From the NCBI GenBank assembly GCA_038062075.1, contig JBBTXY010000003.1, positions 17,589 to 81,588 on the forward strand: a stretch of 64,000 nt of DNA, given 5' to 3'. Below are positions 18,566 through 28,340 of the stretch, piece after piece; the first letter of the stretch is position 1, and every line of letters begins with the position of its first letter. Position numbers and translations under genes: made by a program. Below the pieces are notes generated by a model that saw only the letters and a program-made list of their open reading frames with translations, made no database searches and was not told the origin of the DNA. This stretch comes from Patescibacteria group bacterium. Lineage in GTDB: Bacteria > Patescibacteriota > Minisyncoccia > Phycocordibacterales > UBA2100.

Positions 18566-19552
18566 CTACGCAGTTGCATCAGGTCTGCGGACCGACCACC
18601 CATGCTTTGGCAGTTGGTCGAAGAGCCACTCTGCGATTGCTGGTTCGCCGGCGACGAAGCCGAGGCGGTTTTCGCGGCTCGCCACGGAAAAGGAACGCTC
18701 GTCGTATTCTGCTGCTGGAACGAGTTTCGAAGTCCCGTCGTTTGCATCCATGTCCGGGACGAGACGAAAGAATTTGAAGACCCTTCCGCTCTCGAGGACG
18801 GCGCGGTACATCGGTGCCCAATCCCATGGTTTTTGCGGCGTTTGGATCAGAGCCTGAAGTCTTCCGGTGGCTATTTGTGCAAGCGCTAAGAGGCCGGAGT
18901 TTGCCAGTGTCCACGCACGGATCTGCGACGCGATAGACGGGACGGCGGACATGAACGGCTGGTGGAGCGTCGCGTCAACTCCCATCGCTACAATTGCATC
19001 TTTGCGCGCTGTGCCTTCGTGCAACGGCTCGATGCGCTCGGGCTTCTTGGCACCCCATTCAGTAATGTACACACCTTTCCCTTTTTCTGCCGTAACCGTC
19101 ATACCGCCGTTGAGCGCCGGCGCGTGCAGGACGCTTCCTATAAGCTCGCCATGCTGCATAAGCCCTGCGCCAACCGACCAGGTGCCCAGTTTGTTCGCGT
19201 ATCCGGCCGTGCCATCTATGGGATCCATGACGACAACGTTGGCCATTTCGAGTATTCCCTTAGGATTATTGATATCAAGCACCTTCCCGCCGCCTACACC
19301 TCCTTCTTCGGAGAGAATGTAGGCCTCGGGAAATGCGTGGCCGATGTTCTCAAAAAGTATGTCTTGTGCGCGCACGTCCCCGCTGGTGATACCAGAACGA
19401 TGGCTTTCGTCTCCCTTGATCTCGAATGCCCGCTCTTCAAGCTCTTTTATCGATGAACCCGCTGAAACAACCGCACCTAATAATCGAGCGATTGATCTTG
19501 GATTTTCGAGTGTTACGTCAGTCCTTTCGATCATGTCATTCTTTGTGCGCAT
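18566..19552 (-). CDS. Inositol monophosphatase family protein paralogue 3
   Basis: 'VVMDPIDGTAGY' motif. Confidence 0.7.
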   Translation of the reverse strand: MRTKNDMIERTDVTLENPRSIARLLGAVVSAGSSIKELEERAFEIKGDESHRSGITSGDVRAQDILFENIGHAFPEAYILSEEGGVGGGKVLDINNPKGILEMANVVVMDPIDGTAGYANKLGTWSVGAGLMQHGELIGSVLHAPALNGGMTVTAEKGKGVYITEWGAKKPERIEPLHEGTARKDAIVAMGVDATLHQPFMSAVPSIASQIRAWTLANSGLLALAQIATGRLQALIQTPQKPWDWAPMYRAVLESGRVFKFFRLVPDMDANDGTSKLVPAAEYDERSFSVASRENRLGFVAGEPAIAEWLFDQLPKHGWSVRRPDATA

Positions 19553-20291
19553 CTCCGAGTATCGCGTCCTCGACGAGCATGCGGAGATCCGAGGGAGCCA
19601 GGAATTTCTGCGACAGCTGCGGATTATTCTCTTTTACGAGCTCGAACAGCTCTTTTTCTACTATTTCCGTTATTTCTTCCTGTTTGTCGAAAAGCGGGGT
19701 ACCGCCATACAGCTCATTCCCAACATCAATATTCATTTTCGGGCTCCGTTTCCGCAGAGCTTCGAAACGTTGGTGCCAATCTTGCAGATATGCACGCCCG
19801 TCAGGCGTCGTACCGAGACACGAGTCCACATACCTCATTATCTTTTCTTTCATGTTCCATGTATCGAAATCCCGCAAGTCATGTCCCGTCACTCTCTCAA
19901 TGCCGCGTTTCTCCCGCTCCATTTGATCAAGTATCTTTGAGTCCGATCCGGTCATGACGAGTCCCTCTGATGTCCGCGTTCCCGGCAATTGCGCCTGTTC
20001 TTTCTGCAGACGCTTGTCCCAATCATGGGTCAGGGCGGCGGACGTGAGCTCGTGCAGGTCGGCCTCCTCAAGCCCCGCGAGCCTGCCGAGCATGTATGCG
20101 GTGACGCCCGCAAGCAAGCAGTGTTCGGCGATATTGCGCCAACCTTCGGATCCGTGGCCCAATATCTTCCCTTTCTTTAGGACGCGCATCGCATCAATGT
20201 GGGACAACGCGAAACGCGAGAAATATTTCGTCTTTGCATCTTCTTGTACGGGCTTCTCTAATGGCATATTTTTGCTGGGAACATAGAACAT
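19536..20291 (-). CDS. HD-domain phosphohydrolase
   Basis: 'H..LLAG' ... 'LTHDWDK' HD motif. Confidence 0.65.
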   Translation of the reverse strand: MFYVPSKNMPLEKPVQEDAKTKYFSRFALSHIDAMRVLKKGKILGHGSEGWRNIAEHCLLAGVTAYMLGRLAGLEEADLHELTSAALTHDWDKRLQKEQAQLPGTRTSEGLVMTGSDSKILDQMEREKRGIERVTGHDLRDFDTWNMKEKIMRYVDSCLGTTPDGRAYLQDWHQRFEALRKRSPKMNIDVGNELYGGTPLFDKQEEITEIVEKELFELVKENNPQLSQKFLAPSDLRMLVEDAILGDAHKE

Positions 20292-20313
20292 TATACGTTA
20301 CAGTGAGGGCGTC

Positions 20314-21618
20314 ATGAGTTCGGGATATATCATAGGCGTCATAGGATTATGGCACTTGGGGGAGGTGTATTCGGCATGTTTGGCGGAGATCGGCCACACG
20401 GTCGTTGGGTTGAGTGAAGACATAACCCTCATTGAGAATTTCCAGAAGAACATTCCGCCGCTTGCGGAACCGAAACTCACCGAGTTGCTTGAAGCGAACC
20501 AGAAAGCCGGGCGGCTCTCATTCTCGACCGATCTATCGAAGGTGAAAGATTCCACGATCGTGTGGTTTACAGAAGATGTCCCGACTGACGAGAACGACAC
20601 GGCGGATGTCTCAGGACTTATCGGCACTGCGAAAAAGATCGCGCCATATCTCTTTCAAGGAGTTACCATCGCCGTTTCAAGCCAGCTTCCTGTTGGTACT
20701 TCTGCGAACATTATTGAGACGATCAAAGCCACACGACCTGATTTACAGTTTGAGTATTTCTATTCGCCGGAAAACCTGCGCTTAGGAGACGCGGTCAGGT
20801 GCTTCATGGAGCAGAAACGAGTCGTCGTGGGTGCACAAACACCGCGCGGACTGGAGGTGGCAAGGGAGATTTTCGCGCCCTTGAAGACGGAAATCGTAAG
20901 CATGTCGCCAGCATCTGCGGAAATGGCCAAGCATGCTCTGAATGCGTGGCTTGCGACGTCCATCGGATTCGCAAACGACCTCGCCGACGTGTGCGAGAAA
21001 GTCGGCGCTGATGTCGAGGATGTTATCAAAGCATTAAAGAGCGAGCCGCGGGTGGGGGAGAAAGCCTATCTTTTCGCGGGGCTCGGATTCGCAGGCTGGT
21101 CCATTGCTCGCGACTTGAAAGTACTCATGGCAGTAGCTGGAGAGAAGCACATTGAGCTTCCCATCATCGCTGGTGCCTACGCGAAAAACCGCGCGCGCAC
21201 GAGCATCGTCCTTGCCCGACTGCGCGAACGCTTCGGCGAGATCAAAGGTAAAACATTCGCCATTTTTGGCGTCACCTATAAGGCAGGAACGCCGACTTTG
21301 CGCCATTCGCAATCTCTTCAGGTAGAAGCGGAGTTATGGGCTGCGGGCGCGACGATCCGGCTCTACGATCCGCTCGCAAGAGCTGATGATGTTGCGGTCG
21401 TAACGCCCGCAGCGTTCTTTAACGATCCGTATGAGGCAGTGCAGGGTGCTGATGGCGTCCTTATCCTCGTTCCCGATAGAGCCTTACAGGAGTTGGATTT
21501 CAAAAAAATCGCATCTATAATGCGAACGCCGTTTCTTTTTGATGCACAAAACATTTTGGTTTCGAAAGAGACAACCATTCGCGCCGAAGGCATTGAGTAT
21601 AGTAGTATTGGACGATGA
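20314..21618 (+). CDS. Nucleotide-sugar 6-dehydrogenase family (UgdH/TviB/WbpA-like) with catalytic Cys replaced by Ser
   Basis: 'IGVIGLWHLGEVYSA' NAD fold; 'VCEKVGADVEDVIKAL' central domain; active-site block 'GLGFAGWSIARD' aligns to the canonical 'GxGxGGSCFPKD' (Ser codon TCC at 21100-21102). Confidence 0.75.
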   Translation: MSSGYIIGVIGLWHLGEVYSACLAEIGHTVVGLSEDITLIENFQKNIPPLAEPKLTELLEANQKAGRLSFSTDLSKVKDSTIVWFTEDVPTDENDTADVSGLIGTAKKIAPYLFQGVTIAVSSQLPVGTSANIIETIKATRPDLQFEYFYSPENLRLGDAVRCFMEQKRVVVGAQTPRGLEVAREIFAPLKTEIVSMSPASAEMAKHALNAWLATSIGFANDLADVCEKVGADVEDVIKALKSEPRVGEKAYLFAGLGFAGWSIARDLKVLMAVAGEKHIELPIIAGAYAKNRARTSIVLARLRERFGEIKGKTFAIFGVTYKAGTPTLRHSQSLQVEAELWAAGATIRLYDPLARADDVAVVTPAAFFNDPYEAVQGADGVLILVPDRALQELDFKKIASIMRTPFLFDAQNILVSKETTIRAEGIEYSSIGR

Positions 21619-22604
21619 ATCCCGGGATGAAAATCGCGCTTGTTGGCGCAGGAGGCATAGGGAGCACGTGGGCGAAAGCGCTTCAGAAGAGCGGCGCGCA
21701 CGTATCTGTTGTCGTTGATACAGACGAGTCGAGAGCCAAAGAAGCTGCCGTCATGCTTGGAGCGGAGTCTACGACCGACTGGAAGGAAGCCGTGGGAAGA
21801 GCGGACGCGGCGATTGTTGCCGTGCCGCACGTGTATTTGGCGCCGATAGTGAAAGGATTTCTCTCAGGAGGAGTACATGTGCTGTGCGAAAAACCAGGGG
21901 GGATTTCGTCGCACGAGGTGGCGGACGTAGTCGCACTCGCATCACAGAAAGGCCTCGTCTACATGCCCGGCTTCAATCATCGCTATCATCCTGCGTTTGC
22001 GGAGGCGAAGAGGCGCTTCGACGCGAGCGAGATAGGAGACCTCATGTTCATCCGTGCCCGATATGGTTTCGGCGGGCGGAAGGACTTTGAGAAAGAATGG
22101 CGGTTCGATGCGGGAGTTTCCGGCGGGGGTGAGCTTCTCGATCAGGGCATCCACATGATAGACATAGCGCGCTGGTTCATGAGGGACATTGTCGACGTCA
22201 AAGGCTTCGCGGAGAATATGTTCTGGGGCGGAGGAGTCGAAGATAACAGCTTTCTCCTTCTGCGGAATGCCGCGCATCGAGTCGCGCAGATCCATGTGTC
22301 GTGGACGAATTGGGACTGGATACACTCGTTCGAGATATTTGGCACAAAAGGCTATCTCATTATCGACGGTCTTGATTCGCGCTATCGCGGCCCGGAGCGG
22401 CTGACAGTGGGGCATGCCGATCCGCGTGCCGGGACTTTTCCTACGGAAGAAACCATCACGTATGCGGAAGAGAAGAAAGAAGATTCCCTGCGGCGGGAGG
22501 CTGAGGCGTTCGCAGAAGCCGTCGCGGGGAAAGCAGTTGCCATTCCGAGCGGAGCCGATGCGGTCGCAGCACTTCGTATTGTCGAAGAGGTATATGGGAA
22601 ATAA
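21615..22604 (+). CDS. Gfo/Idh/MocA-family NAD(P) oxidoreductase
   Basis: 'MKIALVGAGGIG' N-terminal Rossmann, 'EKP' motif. Confidence 0.75.
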   Translation: MNPGMKIALVGAGGIGSTWAKALQKSGAHVSVVVDTDESRAKEAAVMLGAESTTDWKEAVGRADAAIVAVPHVYLAPIVKGFLSGGVHVLCEKPGGISSHEVADVVALASQKGLVYMPGFNHRYHPAFAEAKRRFDASEIGDLMFIRARYGFGGRKDFEKEWRFDAGVSGGGELLDQGIHMIDIARWFMRDIVDVKGFAENMFWGGGVEDNSFLLLRNAAHRVAQIHVSWTNWDWIHSFEIFGTKGYLIIDGLDSRYRGPERLTVGHADPRAGTFPTEETITYAEEKKEDSLRREAEAFAEAVAGKAVAIPSGADAVAALRIVEEVYGK

Positions 22605-23409
22605 AACGGCATTGATCACGGGTGGCAGTCGCGGAATAGGGCTCGCGATCGCGCGAGGCTTGGCAAACGACGGATACGAGGTGATCCTGGTTGCGCGTAA
22701 ACAGGAAGAACTTAACGATGTGCAAAAGAGCATGCCGTCTCGCGCACAGACGTTCGCGGTTGATGTCACTGATGCGGAGGCGGTCGCTGGAATGTGTCGG
22801 ACGATTCCTGCACTCGATATTCTCGTCAACGCCGCAGGCGTGATAGAGCCGATCGGATCGATCGAGAATGTCGATCCGGAGCAATGGCTCCAGCTCTTGA
22901 AAATCAATGTGTTCGGGACATTCCTCATGACACACGCCTGCGTCCCGCTCCTTGCAAAACGCGGTGGCACCATCATTAATTTCGTGGGAGGTGGAGAAGG
23001 CGCGTTTCCGAATTTCAGCGCGTATGCCGCAAGCAAGGGCGCAATCGCGCGCTTCACCGAAACCGCTGCGGTGGAGCTGAAGACAAAGAACATCACGGTG
23101 AACGCCATAGCGCCGGGGCCGGTCAACACGAAGATGACGGACAACATGATAGCTGCAGGGGAGGACGCGGGAGCACAATACGAACGGGCGCTTAAGCAAA
23201 AAGAGAGTGCCGCGGCGACGCCGGAGAAGGTCGTGCGTCTCGCACTCTGGCTGTGTTCCGATGCGTCTCGCGGCATCACGGGGAAAATTATCTCCGCGCA
23301 ATGGGATGACTACGAGAAGTTTCCGGAACATAGAAAAGAGATTTCCTCGACCGACGTGTACACAATGCGGCGTGTGCGGCCGAAGGACCGCGGACTCTCA
23401 TGGGAATGA
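22594..23409 (+). CDS. Short-chain dehydrogenase/reductase
   Basis: 'TALITGGSRGIGLAIA', 'NAAG', 'YAASKGA'; start at internal ATG 22594. Confidence 0.75.
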   Translation: MGNKTALITGGSRGIGLAIARGLANDGYEVILVARKQEELNDVQKSMPSRAQTFAVDVTDAEAVAGMCRTIPALDILVNAAGVIEPIGSIENVDPEQWLQLLKINVFGTFLMTHACVPLLAKRGGTIINFVGGGEGAFPNFSAYAASKGAIARFTETAAVELKTKNITVNAIAPGPVNTKMTDNMIAAGEDAGAQYERALKQKESAAATPEKVVRLALWLCSDASRGITGKIISAQWDDYEKFPEHRKEISSTDVYTMRRVRPKDRGLSWE

Positions 23410-24125
23410 TCACGCAAGCAGTCATATCAGCAGGAGGATTCGGGACTCGTTTGAAGCCATTTACTGATACTGCACCAAAGCCCATGGTGCCAATTTTAGG
23501 TAAACCGCTTCTGGAGTGGCACATCGAGCAATTTAAGAAGCATGGTGTGACCGAGTTTTTTCTTACGCTGCATTATTTGCCCGAGGTTATAAGGGAGTAT
23601 TTTCAAGACGGTTCATCCCGAGGCGTGCATATTGAGTATGTGGTTGAAGCAGAGCCACTCGGCTCTGCGGGAGGATTGAAACTCGTAGAGAAGAAATTAG
23701 ACACGCGATTCTTTTACATCTACGGCGATACCTTCAGTCTCATGGACTATTCCGCGATGGCACAAAACTACGCGACAAGAAAGGATCCTCTTGGCATGCA
23801 GAGGATGAAGCAGACCGGCGACTACGCTGATGCTGACGTTGCAGAACTCGATGAAAATTGCAGGTTTGTCGGCATTCATGCGAAGCCACATTCGCATATA
23901 TACAAAAACGCCTATCGTATGCGCGGCGTCTTTATTCTTGAAAAGGAGATATGCAACTTCATTCCAGATGGCCCGTCAGACTTGGCTAAGCAGGTGCTTC
24001 CAGCGGTGCTTGCCGCGGGCAAGAATTTCTACGGCTACGAGTGCGACGATTACTCGAAAGGCATTGATACTGTCGAAAAACTGCGGGAGGTTGAAAGCTA
24101 CCTCACAACGCGCGGGTTAGGATAG
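23400..24125 (+). CDS. Sugar-1-phosphate nucleotidyltransferase (HddC/GMPP-like)
   Basis: 'AVISAGGFGTRLKPFTDTAPKPMVPILGKPLLEW'. Confidence 0.7.
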   Translation: MGMITQAVISAGGFGTRLKPFTDTAPKPMVPILGKPLLEWHIEQFKKHGVTEFFLTLHYLPEVIREYFQDGSSRGVHIEYVVEAEPLGSAGGLKLVEKKLDTRFFYIYGDTFSLMDYSAMAQNYATRKDPLGMQRMKQTGDYADADVAELDENCRFVGIHAKPHSHIYKNAYRMRGVFILEKEICNFIPDGPSDLAKQVLPAVLAAGKNFYGYECDDYSKGIDTVEKLREVESYLTTRGLG

Positions 24126-25103
24126 TTCTGAAAGACGCACAACACGTTTCTCTTGGAAGGAGCGACGTCCCGCATCTACAACATGCGCCTGTACGAGCAG
24201 GTCTTCTTCGTAGCGTTTTGTGCTTGCTTCGCCCAAGGCCACCTCGCTGCAAAAGTCATCAACCATGAGTTTGAAATGATCGGCCGGCTCGATGCATATT
24301 TCTTCGCGGGCATTTCCGACTTCTAGAAATATTCTCACGGCCAAGTCTTTGGGAACCGCATAGGCCCGCTCCATACTGATGCTTCCTTTCGTTCCGAGCA
24401 CGCGGTATGTGGAGCGATAGTCGGAGTCGAACGCGCTTGAGATAGAGGCAGTGCGGCCGGAATACGTAAGAGTGGCGTCAGCTTTCACATCCACTCCGAG
24501 CGCGGGATCTATCGTCAGGTTGCAGGTGATACTTTGCGGCTCTTCGCCGAAAGCAAAGCGGCTGGCGCGGATGGGATAAACAAGCGCGTCATAGTAAATG
24601 CCTCCGCCTAAGCGTGCATTGAGCCGGATATTGCCAACGTCAGGCATGGGGAATGCAAAGCGGCCTTCGAATCCGGTTATTTCTCCGAGTGTGCCGCTCT
24701 GGATGATCTCGCGTACCCGTTTCTGTTGCGGGTGGTAGAGGAACATGAAGCCCTCCATCAGGCGCACATTATTTGCGCGCGCGGCAGTCACCATTTTTTG
24801 TGCTGACGCATACGAAAGCGCGGCGGGCTTCTCGCACCACACGTGTTTGCCTGCTTCGAGTGCGCGAACACTCCATTCTTCGTGGAGGGAATTGGGAAGG
24901 GAAATATAGACCGCGTCTATGTTCGGATTCGCGAGCACGTTTTCGTACGAACTGGCCGGGCAATCGAATCCCTGCACATTCGCAGGAGTGCGGCTCCCTA
25001 CCATTGCCAACTCCGCGTGCGTGCTTGCAATAATCGCGGGGATCGCGGCTTTTTTCGCGATGCGTGATGCGCCCAAAACCCCGAATCGTATCTTGTTGTG
25101 CAT
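24117..25103 (-). CDS. Gfo/Idh/MocA-family oxidoreductase
   Basis: 'IRFGVLGASRIA', 'EKP' motif. Confidence 0.75.
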   Translation of the reverse strand: MHNKIRFGVLGASRIAKKAAIPAIIASTHAELAMVGSRTPANVQGFDCPASSYENVLANPNIDAVYISLPNSLHEEWSVRALEAGKHVWCEKPAALSYASAQKMVTAARANNVRLMEGFMFLYHPQQKRVREIIQSGTLGEITGFEGRFAFPMPDVGNIRLNARLGGGIYYDALVYPIRASRFAFGEEPQSITCNLTIDPALGVDVKADATLTYSGRTASISSAFDSDYRSTYRVLGTKGSISMERAYAVPKDLAVRIFLEVGNAREEICIEPADHFKLMVDDFCSEVALGEASTKRYEEDLLVQAHVVDAGRRSFQEKRVVRLSELS

Positions 25104-25111
25104 CCAAAGGT

Positions 25112-25537
25112 TTACGCGGCAGGCGGTTTGTAGTTCGGATCGCCATGATCGCCGACACCCATGCCGAGGTTTTCGTGGATGATCGGGACCTTGCAGTCAT
25201 CCCATTTTTTGGTGAGAAATGTCACGATGTTCATGTCGGTGATCGCGTAAAGGACGTGGACGACGCCGCGCGGCGTATAGGTGCAATCGCCTTTCCCCAC
25301 ATAGAGGAAATCTTCCTTCCCGTTCTCATCCTTCGAGACGAGGACGCCGTGGCCGTCGGTGATGACGTAGTACTCGTCGAATTCGGGGTGGGAGTGGTTG
25401 CCGCGGATCTTGCCCTTATTGATGAACTGAAAATTGAATTCGACAATGGGTTTTTCGGGGTAGAAGGTGAAGATGCCGCCGCGCCCGTCGCGGACGGTAT
25501 CAAGGTTGCACGCAGGCTGGATCTTTCTCGTATTCAT
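25112..25537 (-). CDS. Cupin, FdtA/QdtA(WxcM)-like NDP-4-keto-6-deoxyhexose 3,4-ketoisomerase
   Basis: 'RGNHSH' (RGxHxH) motif; ~140 aa. Confidence 0.5.
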   Translation of the reverse strand: MNTRKIQPACNLDTVRDGRGGIFTFYPEKPIVEFNFQFINKGKIRGNHSHPEFDEYYVITDGHGVLVSKDENGKEDFLYVGKGDCTYTPRGVVHVLYAITDMNIVTFLTKKWDDCKVPIIHENLGMGVGDHGDPNYKPPAA

Positions 25538-25620
25538 AGGGCTACTGTATCAGAAAGACATGACCTCGCAACGGAACGCAAGCGTCTTCCCATTCGCTCC
25601 GGATTCTGTAGACTGGTGCG

Positions 25621-26271
25621 ATGGGTTTCATCTTTCAGCCGAACCGTCACGTGCTGTTGCAGCAGGTGACGAAGTATGCCTATTACATCCATGGCAGGAC
25701 GCTTGATGTCGGCTGTGGGCCAACCCCCCGGTACCGTCACTTGTTCAAGGAGTGCACGGAATACGTGAAGATGGACATCGAGGCGGGAGAAAATGTTGAT
25801 GTCGTTGGTTTCGCCGAAGCGATACCGTTTCCTGACGATTCGTTCGACTCCATCGTCTGCACCGAGACCATTCAGGATGTTTTTGAGCCGGTCAAAGGCA
25901 TAACCGAATTCGCGAGGGTATTGAAGAAAGGCGGTGTTGTGCTTATGACGGCGCCAAGCATTTCAAGGCAATCGGAGAGCCGGACCGATAATTGGCGATT
26001 CACTCGGCATAGCTTCAGGAAGCTCGCAGAAGACGCCGGCTTCAGAGTCGAGGTATTCGAACAACGCGGAGCATTCTGGAGCACGCGAGCACAGCTCACT
26101 ATAAGCTACTGGATTGCCAAATTCGGGGTCTATGGCGCATGGTACGAACGACCGTTCGGAATTCTGGCATCGGCGTTCGGAAGGTTCTCAATATGGCTCG
26201 ATGGGTTCGAGAAGGAGCCGTTGCGCAACGCATTCACGAACGGGTATCTCCTTGTCGGGAGGAAATCATGA
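25621..26271 (+). CDS. Class I SAM-dependent methyltransferase
   Basis: 'LDVGCGP' motif I, Methyltransf_11-like. Confidence 0.7.
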   Translation: MGFIFQPNRHVLLQQVTKYAYYIHGRTLDVGCGPTPRYRHLFKECTEYVKMDIEAGENVDVVGFAEAIPFPDDSFDSIVCTETIQDVFEPVKGITEFARVLKKGGVVLMTAPSISRQSESRTDNWRFTRHSFRKLAEDAGFRVEVFEQRGAFWSTRAQLTISYWIAKFGVYGAWYERPFGILASAFGRFSIWLDGFEKEPLRNAFTNGYLLVGRKS

Positions 26272-27549
26272 GGAGGTGTGTTCTTTGTTTCGGATCGCGT
26301 ACCACAGATACCACGTAATGACGCACGACGCCGCATAGGTAAGCACTTGCCCGGCGACCGCGCCCCAGAGACCGAATGTCTTGATAAGAAGAAGAGCGCT
26401 TATCGCGGCAATGATGCTGGGGATGTTCCACAGATACAAGAGGCGTCTCGGGATGAGCGTGACGCGGGAATCAATAGCGGCACCCACGAGTGCAGTCCCG
26501 ACCTGGAGGAGGATCGTGATGGAAAAGAAGAGTGAGAGCGGGACGGCTTCGATGTATTGGGGGAAGAAGATAAAGTAAAACGGATATGCGAGCAGACAGT
26601 AGGCGAGCGTTATGCCAGCCCCCAGGATGAAGAGCACGCCGGTGCGCTTCATGAGGATGCTCTTGATGGCCGCAGTGCTCTGTCCTGCAAGTTTCGGCAG
26701 CGCAAGGATGGTCGGCGTATTCACGATGGTTCGCAGGTGGGAGACCGGTGCCATCGCGAATGCAAACAGTGCGAGTTCGGCAGCGCCGAGGTAATGGAAA
26801 ACGAGGATGGCGTCGAGTGACGATATCACGATGTTGGATGCGTTGATGGCGCTGGAGTGGAGCGCGTAGGAGAGCGCGCCGGGTTCGTTTGTGTCGTTTG
26901 AGGGGAATTTACGGAGCGTTATCTGCAGGGAAATATATCGTGTGAGCGTCCAGGCGCTGGCATACACTGCAAAGATAATAATGGGATTGTCGGTGAAGAA
27001 GAGTGTGGCGATAAGCGCCGCGGCAGCGGCGATCTGCCCGAGGACGCCAAGAATGCTTGAGAGCTTGAAATCTTTCTTCCCCACAAGAACCGCATTGAAT
27101 ATCCCAAACGGCTCCATGAAAGGAATGAAGAACGCCGCGAAGATGAGCCCAGTGCCAAGCGTATCGTTCCCGTTGTAGAAGTAGTACGCCGCGCCGCAGA
27201 GGGCGCCCAAGGAGCCGAGAAGGCTCCAGCGCATCTTCGCCCAGAGCCCCATCATGACCGTGCCGTCGTTCCCGCGTGCGGCACCCTGCGTGACGGCGGT
27301 GTCCATCCCGCGCAGACAGGCGACGCAGAAGATGCCGAAGAGGGTGAGAATGTATTTGTAGACGCCGTAATCGTGCTGGGTGAGAAGATTTGCAAAGGCA
27401 AGCGCAAGGAGAAATGAGACTGCGGCAGTTATAATGGAAGAACTTGAGAGCCAAAAACTGCCCCGCGCAAGGTAGACCATGTCGGTCCCGGTATATTTCT
27501 CGCTCCAGCGCAAGGCGCGCACGAGCTGTTCCTTCGAGTACCGATACAT
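26266..27549 (-). CDS. Wzx-like oligosaccharide flippase (MOP superfamily)
   Basis: 427 aa, ~12 TMS, polysaccharide-biosynthesis-protein pattern. Confidence 0.65.
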   Translation of the reverse strand: MYRYSKEQLVRALRWSEKYTGTDMVYLARGSFWLSSSSIITAAVSFLLALAFANLLTQHDYGVYKYILTLFGIFCVACLRGMDTAVTQGAARGNDGTVMMGLWAKMRWSLLGSLGALCGAAYYFYNGNDTLGTGLIFAAFFIPFMEPFGIFNAVLVGKKDFKLSSILGVLGQIAAAAALIATLFFTDNPIIIFAVYASAWTLTRYISLQITLRKFPSNDTNEPGALSYALHSSAINASNIVISSLDAILVFHYLGAAELALFAFAMAPVSHLRTIVNTPTILALPKLAGQSTAAIKSILMKRTGVLFILGAGITLAYCLLAYPFYFIFFPQYIEAVPLSLFFSITILLQVGTALVGAAIDSRVTLIPRRLLYLWNIPSIIAAISALLLIKTFGLWGAVAGQVLTYAASCVITWYLWYAIRNKEHTSS

Positions 27550-27624
27550 CGCACCATCCTAGCGCGAAGAGCGTGTTTTTGATAGACAGAGCGCGAGACA
27601 GTTCCCTTGTGGTTCGTCGGCGGA

Positions 27625-27633
27625 TGATACAAT
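27625..27633 (+). promoter_or_regulatory. Extended -10 (TGATACAAT) immediately upstream of NYN gene; near-leaderless
   Basis: TGnTAcAAT 7 nt upstream of ATG 27640. Confidence 0.35.
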
Positions 27634-27639
27634 CGCCGC

Positions 27640-28140
27640 ATGCGCAAGCCAGATAGCAACTACGCGTTCATCGATGCGCAGAACGTGTACATGGGGACGA
27701 GGGCGACTGGATGGACGATAGACGCATTCAAACTCCGCGTGTATCTGCGCGAGACATTCGATGTTGAGCGCGCATATTGGTTCGTCGGTTTCCTATCAGA
27801 CATGCAAGACTTCTACACACTGCTTCAGCGCGCAGGATATGTGCTCATATTCAAGGAAGTATCGCGTGATCACGAAGGGACACCGAAAGGGAATGTCGAC
27901 GTCGACCTCACGCTTCATGCTGTGGATTTGCAGTCGGAGTACGACAAGGCTGTCCTCCTCACGAGCGATGGGGATTTCGCCAGTCTGGTGCGCTACTTAC
28001 GCGAGCGCGGCAAGCTTCGTGCGATCTTGAGCCCGAATCGCGCACGTACATCAAGACTCCTTCGCAAGGCGGTCGGCAGCAGTGCGAGCTTGCAGTATCT
28101 CGAAGATGCAAAACAAAAGATCGCACGCGCAGCGTTATGA
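27640..28140 (+). CDS. NYN/LabA-like (PIN-related) domain protein
   Basis: 'AFIDAQNV' ... 'VLLTSDGDF' NYN motifs. Confidence 0.65.
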   Translation: MRKPDSNYAFIDAQNVYMGTRATGWTIDAFKLRVYLRETFDVERAYWFVGFLSDMQDFYTLLQRAGYVLIFKEVSRDHEGTPKGNVDVDLTLHAVDLQSEYDKAVLLTSDGDFASLVRYLRERGKLRAILSPNRARTSRLLRKAVGSSASLQYLEDAKQKIARAAL

Positions 28141-28340
28141 GAACCAATAGCCCCTCAAAAAAGAAAAAGCCCTCCGAGGGACGAACCCTTTGGCGAGCTT
28201 CTTCATAGTGATTAGCTACATACTAGCAACCATCCGTAAAAAGTCAATGAGAAAAATGGGGATTGGGCAGGGCTGTGCGGCTGAAGTCGCGTCTGATACT
28301 GCAGCTAGCGCATGTAAGCCATTTTTGATAGATTGCGCGG

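Noticed and set aside
21942-23331. 445-aa and 291-aa minus-strand ORFs
   Set aside because: Antisense to the Gfo/Idh/MocA and SDR genes; low-complexity Arg/Pro/Ser-rich translations.
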